A stretch of DNA of 42,897 bases from IMG/VR virus record IMGVR_UViG_3300036713_000542, positions 1 to 42,897 of that record; one strand, given 5' to 3'. Every line of letters starts with the position of its first letter. Position 1 is the first letter of the stretch. This document shows positions 1 to 6,668 of the stretch, one piece after another. The notes below the pieces were generated by a model. The model had not been told where the DNA came from. It did not search any database and saw only the letters and a program-made list of their open reading frames with translations. Source of the stretch: a virus. Its lineage: Duplodnaviria > Caudoviricetes. A program made the position numbers and the translations under genes.

Positions 1-251
1 GACCCAGGGGCGGACCGGGAGGCGACCCAGGGGCGGACCGGGAGGCGACCCAGGGGCGACCCAGGGGCGCACCGGGTGGCGAACCAGGGGCGACCCAGGG
101 GCGACCCAGGCGCGGTCCCAGGGGCGACCCAGGAGCGGACCCAGGGGCGACCCAGGGGCGGACCGGGAGGCGATCCAGGGGCGGACCCAGGGGCGGACCC
201 AGGGGCGGACCGGGAGGCGACCCAGGGGCGACCCAGGGGCGACCCAGGGGC
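1..251. repeat. Tandem array of ~22 imperfect 11-12 bp units (GACCCAGGGGC / GGACCGGGAGGC)
   Basis: Directly visible. The window starts inside the array. Confidence 0.95.
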
Positions 252-254
252 AGG

Positions 255-437
255 GGCCTAACTTCAATCGGAGGCCTGGCCTAACTTGGGGCCTAACTTC
301 AAGTGGAGGCCGGGCCTAACTTGGGGCCTAACTTCAAGTGGAGGCCGGGCCTAACTTGGGGCCTAACTCGGGGCCTAACTTCAAGTGGAGGCCGGGCCTA
401 ACTTGGGGCCTAACTTCAAGTGGAGGCCGGGCCTAAA
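255..437. repeat. Tandem array of 11 GGCCTAA(CTT) cores arranged in a ~35 bp higher-order unit (GGCCTAACTTGG + GGCCTAACTTCAAGTGGAGGCCG)
   Basis: Cores at about 255, 278, 290, 313, 325, 348, 360, 372, 395, 407 and 430. Confidence 0.95.
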
Positions 438-603
438 TCAGACCGGCCAACCACAGAGGAGATGCCCACCCCTGCCTTCTCCCACACCCGCCGCAATCAT
501 AGTCCGCGTCAGGCTCTACCCTCGACCCTTCCCCACACGCCGGACAAGTGACGTCCGCGAACCCCTGGTCCATAATCCTCTGCATCTCTTCGAGAGTTTC
601 CAT
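433..603 (-). CDS. Small Zn-ribbon protein (CPAC...CGGC), 56 aa
   Basis: Two CxxC pairs. Start moved to ATG 603 (METLEEM...), which has a G-rich upstream sequence. Confidence 0.7.
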   Translation of the reverse strand: METLEEMQRIMDQGFADVTCPACGEGSRVEPDADYDCGGCGRRQGWASPLWLAGLI

Positions 604-614
604 TACCCGTCCCC

Positions 615-845
615 CTAAACCAAAGTCCTCATGCATCGAAGCAACCATTCCAACACGTCGTCGTGACCCCGGAAGCAGTATCGCCCCCCCTCGAAGCGAA
701 ACTCCCAATCCTCCCCATACCCCTCCCTGATCTGCTCATGCACCAGACGCAGCAGCTCTTCGCGCTCAGCCTTAGAAAACGCTCGGAGGTTTCTTCGGCC
801 ACAGGCCAAGGTCGGCATTCCGACAGGAGTTTTGTACCTAGCCAT
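615..845 (-). CDS. Hypothetical protein, 76 aa
   Basis: GGAGG-type RBS upstream. Tightly packed between its neighbours. Confidence 0.7.
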   Translation of the reverse strand: MARYKTPVGMPTLACGRRNLRAFSKAEREELLRLVHEQIREGYGEDWEFRFEGGRYCFRGHDDVLEWLLRCMRTLV

Positions 846-857
846 AACTCTTCCTCC

Positions 858-1079
858 CTACTCAGACGAGGGCAGCAGCATGGAGGGGGCCACCTCCAGA
901 GCTCTGGCCAGAACCAGAACAGTCGACAGACGGGGGTCGGGGATCCTCCCGGCCTCGATCTGCCACACACGCCCACACCACTTCTTCCCCGACAGCTCCG
1001 CGCATGCGCGGTCCAGCTGTCGGGAGCCCATCTCCTTCATGATCCGGCACGCCCGGACCTTCTCACCAAACGTAGCCAT
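858..1079 (-). CDS. Cro/CI (XRE)-type HTH regulator
   Basis: MATFGEKVRACR...WQIEAGRIPDPRLSTVLVLARALEV is a typical XRE pattern. AAGGAGG RBS precedes ATG 1079. Confidence 0.85.
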   Translation of the reverse strand: MATFGEKVRACRIMKEMGSRQLDRACAELSGKKWCGRVWQIEAGRIPDPRLSTVLVLARALEVAPSMLLPSSE

Positions 1080-1105
1080 GGTAGTCCTCCTTCTGGCTAC
1101 CCACA

Positions 1106-1134
1106 AGGCTAGTCGAATCTTCCTCGCAATACAA
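1106..1134 (-). promoter_or_regulatory. Putative sigma70-like promoter for the HTH operon
   Basis: TTGTAT-N17-TAGCCT on the minus strand, with an AT-rich tract upstream. Confidence 0.45.
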
Positions 1135-1458
1135 CCCCCTTCCCAAAATAAAAAACAGATAACTAATCCGCCACTCCTGATACCAAGAGCCGGACCGCCC
1201 AGATCCCTCAAATGCAGACAAAAGTACTACAGAAGGAGGCCTTTCTAAATTTTCGACCGCCCCACACCAAAAACACTCGAGACCTGTCGCCAACTCTCGC
1301 ATTTTTAGCTGACTCAAAAGAATGTTACCGTCCCCCAAGTCGACCATTTTTCATTTGCAGACGGTCGTCTGTCACGACATGCTGCGGTTGCGGTCCAGAG
1401 GTATCAATCTACCGACATGCGTCTGCTTATCAGCCAAAAACGCACCTCATCCGTGCAC

Positions 1459-1737
1459 GTTTTTGCACAGCGGCTAACTCCTTTACCCACAAGGCCTTTC
1501 GCAGAAAATGTGAGGAAAGTGCAGAAACTTCCCCTCTTTCCCCTCTGCATCTCATCTGCTGTATTCCACATTCTGCTCTCCTCATCCCTCTTTTGTAGCT
1601 ACTGTCTGCTACGTTCTGCCTCTTTTCCTGTAGTAGTAGTACTTCAATTATGGATGGAAGATGGGGATGTTTCTACACTTTCGACACTTTCTGAAGTAAC
1701 ACAGCTTGTTGTAAGGGTTTAGATGCGGTGCAAAAAC
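1459..1737. other. Long imperfect inverted repeat (arms ~1459-1534 and ~1663-1737); candidate replication origin
   Basis: GTTTTTGCAC..CTAA..ACAAG..AGAAA..GAAAGTGCAGAAACTTCCCC is mirrored on the opposite strand. The region is non-coding, AT-richer and directly downstream of the primase-helicase. Confidence 0.6.
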
Positions 1738-1814
1738 TCACATCGCCCGACACACCTCCAAAAAATAAAGACTCCGAAGAGCCTTTTTTGCTTATGCCGT
1801 TGTGGGTAGCTACC

Positions 1815-4295
1815 TCAGGCCGAGGCTAGGCCAATCCCGTGGAAGACTAGTCCTTTGTTGTCCCGCCTTTTGACAACCCCGTCCTTGCCCTCTATTCTGC
1901 TGTAGAAGGCCTTCTTCCCGAGCTGCTTCTGCCTCTCTCCGCTGCTGTAGGAGTAGGAGGTGTAGGAGGTCCACAGCTCCTTTGCCGGGACTTTAGCATC
2001 CTTGGCCAGGTGACACCTCTCCTCCAGGAAAAAGCATAAGGGATCCTCCTCGGTCTTGTACCGCTCCGTTTCCCACCTCAGCTTCTCTGGTATCTGCAGC
2101 CCCACGCTGTGGTATTCCATGGCCCCCTGTATCAGATAGTTCAGGATCCCCGCAGACTCCCCGACGAGCTTGTATTTTAGCCTGGGGTCGGTGCCGGGAG
2201 CTCCCTCGAGGAACTGCTGCTGGAACGGGATCAGGCAGATGCGCTCCCAGATCGCCCGATCCTGCCCGAAGATCCTGGGCTTGTGGTTTGTGGCCATGAT
2301 CAGAAGGCCTCGTGGCTCGAGGAGGAAGGGATCCTTCCTCAGGAACCGCGCCTGGATCTTCTCTCCTCCCGTGTACTGCTTCACCAGGGACTCGTCCAGC
2401 CGCTTCCCTATGTTGGTCTCCTCAGCTACCGCGAACCTCCTCCCGCTCAGGGCGGCGAGGTCGCAGCGGATCCCCTCGTGCTGCTTTTCGAGGAAGGTGT
2501 CCGACCCTACCTGGTAGTAGTACTCCCCCACGATCTGGGAGAGGACGTGGATTAGGGTCGTCTTCCCGTTGCGCCCCCCTCCCCACAGGATGGGGAGCTT
2601 GTGTTCTATGTTGAGGCCACACAGGCCGTAGCCGAGCAACCTCAGCAGAAACGACCTCGTCTCCGGATCCGGCATGACCTCCCGAAAGAACTTGTCGAAC
2701 AGGGGCGAGGTGGCGTCCGGGTCGAACTCCACAGGGGATTCCACGGTCGGGTATCTCAGGGGGTCGTGTGGGAGGAGGTCCCCGGTCCTCAGGTCCAGCA
2801 CTCCGTTCTTCACCACCAGGAGATTCTCCAGGTGGTTTCCCTGGAACGGGTCGTCCCCCACGTCGAGCTTCCCTCTGGCAAGAAACTCCATAGCAACCAG
2901 CGCCCCTCGAGATTGGGACCTTGTGGCGCAGCCTCGCCAGAACTTCCTCGAGTCGTCGTCCCCTGCTGCTGTGGCTTCGGCGTGGAGCTGCTGCCCTACC
3001 GCTTCGGCTCGGAGGATCACGGACGGCTCAGAAATGGGCTTCCATATTCTCCCAGTCCATCTCATCCAATCCCTCTCCCGGCACCAGCACAGGGAGTCGC
3101 AGTAGATCCTGGCGAACCTCTGGCTGTTGCCGACGTCGGTGCCCTCCTGCCACCGCTCCGGCAAAGGCACCTCTCCCCCCTTCTCCTCGTCCACCTGTCC
3201 TGCTGCCTGCCCTGCTGCCCTTTCGAGCTTCGACCACGAGCCCTCGAGCCAGCACTTCCCCTGCTCGGCGTGGTGGTCCACGTACCAAACAGCCGCAGCG
3301 GTCTTCTCCAAGAGCCACTCGGAGGTGATGGGGCAGCCGAGCCACAGGGCGTAGATGTCGTTTCGGCAGGAGAACAGGGACATTTCTTTCCCGATGCAGC
3401 CCAACAGGAAGGCCGTTTGGGACCGGTCGGGCTTGCCTGGGGACCCCTCGTTCCAAATTTTCATCTGGTCGGCAGACGCCTGTGCTAAAAATGCCTTGCG
3501 CACAGAGGGCTCGCGGTCCACAATATCGTCGATGTCCAGGTCATCGACATCTCCGCTCTGCCGATCTTCTCCGATGAGGTGCTGCGAGGTTCCCCCACCA
3601 TTCCCCTCAATCCCCTTTAGGAGAGATCGGCAGAGCTCTTCTCTCCCATATACCCTCCCCTCATCTACCCACAGAACCTTGCACCGCAGCGGCTCGCTGG
3701 GGTCCTTTCTGTGGGTGGAGCCCGGTATCCTCAGCACTCTGGAGACATCCGAGGTGTTGTCCCCTCCCACAGCTCTAGAGAGGGCTTTCATGAGGGATTC
3801 TGCTTCGGGCAGGTCGTTGCCTTCGTAGGGCTCCTCGAGCTTCCAGTAGGCATGCAGGCCTCGTCCTGAGGAGACCAGGGCAGAAGGTTGGAACCGCACG
3901 GAGTCCAGGGAGACTTTGGCGGCTGCGGCTGCCTGCTTCCGTGCCTCTTCGGAGGCGTTGCGCCAGGCGGTCTCCTTGTCGGTTTTCTTCGCTGCGGACC
4001 GCAGCGGCTCGAAGTCCAGGTAGTCTATGTCGAGCCAGAGCATGCAGATTCTGGACACGTCGGATTTCTTCCCGCGTCCCCTGGCAGGCAGCTTCGAGAG
4101 ATTCCCCAGGCCGAAAAAGACGCCTTGCGTGTCCGGAGTGTCGTACTCCTCAAGGACGTTGATGGCTTCTTCGGCAGACGAAACGAAAGTGTGCCTTCGG
4201 AGAGGGTCGAACTTGCATATTGAAAATAGGCACGAGGTACTGGGCGGGTGGATCATGCGGAGCAGAGACAGATTGAGCACGGTCTCTTCGGTCAT
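1815..4295 (-). CDS. Primase-helicase: N-terminal AEP/RepB-like primase plus D5/P4-family SF3 helicase
   Basis: LWLDIDY, SSGRGLHAYW and RVLRIPGS primase motifs; TDVGNSQRF and KNGVLDLRTG D5_N-like motifs; Walker A GGGRNGKTT; TGGEKIQARFL; ATNHKP. Confidence 0.92.
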   Translation of the reverse strand: MTEETVLNLSLLRMIHPPSTSCLFSICKFDPLRRHTFVSSAEEAINVLEEYDTPDTQGVFFGLGNLSKLPARGRGKKSDVSRICMLWLDIDYLDFEPLRSAAKKTDKETAWRNASEEARKQAAAAAKVSLDSVRFQPSALVSSGRGLHAYWKLEEPYEGNDLPEAESLMKALSRAVGGDNTSDVSRVLRIPGSTHRKDPSEPLRCKVLWVDEGRVYGREELCRSLLKGIEGNGGGTSQHLIGEDRQSGDVDDLDIDDIVDREPSVRKAFLAQASADQMKIWNEGSPGKPDRSQTAFLLGCIGKEMSLFSCRNDIYALWLGCPITSEWLLEKTAAAVWYVDHHAEQGKCWLEGSWSKLERAAGQAAGQVDEEKGGEVPLPERWQEGTDVGNSQRFARIYCDSLCWCRERDWMRWTGRIWKPISEPSVILRAEAVGQQLHAEATAAGDDDSRKFWRGCATRSQSRGALVAMEFLARGKLDVGDDPFQGNHLENLLVVKNGVLDLRTGDLLPHDPLRYPTVESPVEFDPDATSPLFDKFFREVMPDPETRSFLLRLLGYGLCGLNIEHKLPILWGGGRNGKTTLIHVLSQIVGEYYYQVGSDTFLEKQHEGIRCDLAALSGRRFAVAEETNIGKRLDESLVKQYTGGEKIQARFLRKDPFLLEPRGLLIMATNHKPRIFGQDRAIWERICLIPFQQQFLEGAPGTDPRLKYKLVGESAGILNYLIQGAMEYHSVGLQIPEKLRWETERYKTEEDPLCFFLEERCHLAKDAKVPAKELWTSYTSYSYSSGERQKQLGKKAFYSRIEGKDGVVKRRDNKGLVFHGIGLASA

Positions 4296-4369
4296 CGAGA
4301 GATCTCCTGTGGATGAGGTTTCCGGATTGTCTAGGGTACTCGATGCCGAGGTCTGGCGGGAGGGGCATT

Positions 4370-4398
4370 TTGAAAAAATGTAGGTTTTTGCCTACACA
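4370..4398 (+). promoter_or_regulatory. Putative rightward early promoter with an overlapping palindromic operator
   Basis: TTGAAA-N17-TACACA. Palindrome TGTAGG-N6-CCTACA at 4379-4396. Lies in the divergent intergenic gap. Confidence 0.45.
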
Positions 4399-4439
4399 CG
4401 CTCGGTCGCATCTGCTAGGCTTGGAGGTCAGTGTGACGA

Positions 4440-4479
4440 GGACGGCAAAGGACGGAAAAGGACGGCAAAGGACGGAAAT
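4440..4479 (+). repeat. Four 10-bp direct repeats GGACGG(C/A)AA(A/T)
   Basis: Directly visible just upstream of the pentapeptide gene. Confidence 0.85.
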
Positions 4480-4491
4480 GGGAAAGAAGCG

Positions 4492-4941
4492 ATGAACGTG
4501 AACGGATACGAGATCGGACCCGGCGCGAGTCTGTGCGACGCGAACCTGCGCAGAGCGGACCTGCAATACGCGAACCTGAGCGACGCGAACCTGCGCAGAG
4601 CGGACCTGTACGGCGCGAACCTGAGCTGCGCAAACCTGAACGGCGCAAACCTGAGCGACGCGAACCTGCGCAGAGCGGACCTGCAATACGCGAACCTGAG
4701 CGACGCGAACCTGCGCAGAGCGGACCTGTACGGCGCGGACCTGAGCTGCGCAAAACTGAACGGCGCAAACCTGAGCGACGCGAACCTGCGCGGCGCGAAC
4801 CTGCAATACGCGAACCTGAGCGGCACCACCCTCTGTGGCGCGAACATGGACGGTGCGGATCTCGGTCCAGACGCAACCCAGGGTCCGGGCAGGTACGTCT
4901 GGATACTGACCTTGGCGGAAGCCAGGTGGTTCGGGGGATGA
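4492..4941 (+). CDS. Pentapeptide-repeat protein
   Basis: Continuous A(N/D)Lxx repeats with an internal 120-bp (40-aa) duplication. Confidence 0.93.
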   Translation: MNVNGYEIGPGASLCDANLRRADLQYANLSDANLRRADLYGANLSCANLNGANLSDANLRRADLQYANLSDANLRRADLYGADLSCAKLNGANLSDANLRGANLQYANLSGTTLCGANMDGADLGPDATQGPGRYVWILTLAEARWFGG

Positions 4942-4975
4942 GGGGTGAGTAGACAGCCCGGAGAGACGGGCACTA

Positions 4976-5078
4976 GCTCGCTGGGGTGGCCTGGGATGCC
5001 GCGACTGGCAATGGTAGCCTACTGCGGGGAATGGCGCTGTCACGTCTCCCAGACCCGGTTCGAATCCGGGAGCGCGCA
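4976..5078 (+). ncRNA. tRNA-like RNA unit 1
   Basis: Acceptor GCTCGCT/AGCGCGC (one mismatch) + A; T-arm CCCGG-TTCGAAT-CCGGG; D-like arm GTGGC-CTGGGAT-GCCGC; 71-nt interior. Confidence 0.8.
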
Positions 5079-5213
5079 TGAGATCCAGGGGAATCCCCGG
5101 TAACGGGTAGCACGGATTGGCGGGGCGAGCGAACCCCATACCCCCGTCCGAACAGCAGGCGTGGCATCTCGGCGTACCACCCGTCGCAGGCCTGCAGGTG
5201 GGAGATCGGGCCG

Positions 5214-5291
5214 AGCGGTATAGCTCAGCCAGGTAGAGCAGCCAGCATTCCGGAGTGCTGGTGGTCGCTGGTCCAAATCCAGCTGCCGCGA
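5214..5291 (+). tRNA. Atypical tRNA with an over-long anticodon arm; identity not assignable
   Basis: GCGGTA/TGCCGC acceptor with a 1:72 mismatch; canonical D-arm TAGCTCAGCCAGGTAGAGC; T-arm GCTGG-TCCAAAT-CCAGC; 22-nt anticodon arm GCCAGCATTCCGGAGTGCTGGT. Confidence 0.75.
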
Positions 5292-5330
5292 AGCTCGATC
5301 TATACAGCCCGGAAAGACGGGCACTAGGAG

Positions 5331-5534
5331 ATGACCGTGCGGATACCGTTCATTCGGATTGCGCTGAAAAATAGGGTGGTCAGGATCAACGTCTACGCTG
5401 AATACCTGTATTCGGTAGCTAGTTATCGATGGTTCTGCACTGTGCTATGGACGGTCATTTTCCGTTGCCGAGACCTGTCCGCAGCAATAATTGATTTGAT
5501 AACAATGCTTTTAGAAGTGGAGATACGTGATTAG
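5331..5534 (+). CDS. Small AT-rich hydrophobic protein (GTG at 5337 is an alternative start)
   Basis: Directly follows repeat copy 2, whose end forms AGGAG. Visibly lower GC than its flanks. Confidence 0.5.
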   Translation: MTVRIPFIRIALKNRVVRINVYAEYLYSVASYRWFCTVLWTVIFRCRDLSAAIIDLITMLLEVEIRD

Positions 5535-5608
5535 CCGACCGGGACCCGCCTGGACGCTGTTCAGGGAGGTAAAAGCAGGAGGCTGACAGCCCGGAAAGAC
5601 GGGCACTG

Positions 5609-5702
5609 GCGCGCCGTGGCGATGTGGAATCGCATATGGAGAAACCCGAACCTGGCGGACACGAAAATCCAGGTCGTTCCGGTTCGAATCCGGAGGTGCG
5701 CA
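5609..5702 (+). ncRNA. tRNA-like RNA unit 2
   Basis: Acceptor GCGCGCC/GGTGCGC + A; T-arm TCCGG-TTCGAAT-CCGGA; D-like arm GCGAT-GTGGA-ATCGC; arm ACCTGG/CCAGGT; 62-nt interior. Confidence 0.82.
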
Positions 5703-5827
5703 TCGGCGAAAGCTGGCGACGGGAGTAGACGTTGTGAGGGCGGCGTATCCGACCCGTACTACTCGTGAAGACGACGGAAGTGGGGGCAGGTCCCACATGT
5801 CGAGACAGCCCGGAAAGACGGGCACTA

Positions 5828-5937
5828 GCGCGCTCGAGAATCTGTCTGTGATAGTTGCTGTACAGCGAGTCATGGCAGGGGACGGATCGCACCTTGGTAC
5901 AGCCTCGGTGTTCCCGGTTCGAATCCGGGGGCGCGCA
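5828..5937 (+). ncRNA. tRNA-like RNA unit 3
   Basis: Acceptor GCGCGCT/GGCGCGC + A; T-arm CCCGG-TTCGAAT-CCGGG; 78-nt interior with two long hairpins. Confidence 0.82.
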
Positions 5938-6244
5938 TGAGTGAGGTCGCCGGCGGACAGGTGCAGCCGGGAGGGGGTAAGCCGCCCCAGGGCAGTATGC
6001 GGAGAGCCTCGGACCGGGGCTCCACGGAAACGGAAGCGGCCAAAACGGCCAACGGGTGTCGGAAGCAGGGATGCATCGGGGGTCGAGAGCGAGGGAAGAC
6101 AATGGATTCTTGAGTGAGACAGCCCGGAAAGACGGGCACTAGAAAGGGATGCCAGGTATGACTATGGGATAGTAGAGCATTCCCGCCGCAGGGGAAACTG
6201 ACGCCTGGCGATAACCTGCTGACAGCCCGGAAAGACGGGCACTA

Positions 6245-6326
6245 GCGCGTCAAGGCGAAGGAAGCCAGCCTGATAGGTGAGCCGTGGCCACGGCATCTTT
6301 TCCCGGTCCGATTCCGGGGACGCGCA
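6245..6326 (+). ncRNA. tRNA-like RNA unit 4
   Basis: Acceptor GCGCGTC/GACGCGC + A; T-arm CCCGG-TCCGATT-CCGGG; D-like GGC-GAAGGAA-GCC; stub arm GCCT-GAT-AGGT; arm GCCGTG/CACGGC; 50-nt interior. Confidence 0.82.
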
Positions 6327-6475
6327 TGTTCCCAGGCAGGCCAGTTGAAAAACTGCGTATGGTTTCGAGCGCCGATCTGCCCGGTTCTCGGCGAGCAGCG
6401 AGGAGTGGATAACTGCGGTCGGCCACCTGACCAAAGCCTCGTGTAGTGGTTGACAGCCCGGAAAGACGGGCACTA

Positions 6476-6567
6476 GCGCGTCAGAGCAGCCTGGTGGCTG
6501 CCGTCTTCCCACAGGCGACAGATAGGGTGGGACTATCTCAGGCTGGGTTCGATTCCCAGGACGCGCA
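6476..6567 (+). ncRNA. tRNA-like RNA unit 5
   Basis: Acceptor GCGCGTC/GACGCGC + A; T-arm CTGGG-TTCGATT-CCCAG; D-arm GCAGCC-TGGT-GGCTGC; arms CGTCT-TCCCAC-AGGCG and AGATAG-GGTGGGA-CTATCT. Confidence 0.85.
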
Positions 6568-6592
6568 TAGCTCGAGGGTGGTCCTCGAGCGC

Positions 6593-6650
6593 AACGGTCG
6601 GCGCTGCTCGTCGTGGTGGCGAGTGGCAGCGGTTTTAGCCGACCGTTTTT
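6593..6650 (+). terminator. Long hairpin followed by a T-tract closing the RNA array (possible terminator or attenuator)
   Basis: AACGGTCGGC...GCCGACCGTT forms a 10-bp closing stem followed by TTT. Confidence 0.45.
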
Positions 6651-6668
6651 CCACAAGAGAGGTGTAGA

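Larger units (their letters stand above)
4952..6475 (+). repeat. Seven dispersed 24-nt hairpin repeats GACAGCCCGGAAAGACGGGCACTA
   Basis: Copies start at 4952, 5303, 5585, 5804, 6118, 6221 and 6452, each with 0-1 mismatch. Stem GCCCG/CGGGC, loop GAAAGA. Confidence 0.97.

Noticed and set aside
76-618. Plus-strand ORFs over the terminal repeats
   Set aside because: Products simply mirror the tandem repeats and lack an RBS.
5937-6113. 58-aa ORF starting at the ATG formed by the discriminator of unit 3
   Set aside because: No RBS, low-information sequence, and the ATG is not kept in all units (ATC and ATA in two).
6143-6220. Hammerhead ribozyme (GAAA and CTGA words present)
   Set aside because: Core elements are not in the required order and stem context.
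4952-6475. CRISPR array next to a Cas4-like nuclease
   Set aside because: Intervals are about 80-330 bp, irregular and structured. No cas1, cas2 or effector genes are present, and PD-(D/E)XK exonucleases are routine in phage replication modules.
4976-6567. Ordinary phage tRNA cluster, tmRNA or Y RNA (YrlA)
   Set aside because: No canonical anticodon arms; no G3:U70 pair or tag ORF as in tmRNA; the acceptor ends are open and no Ro60/Rsr gene was seen.
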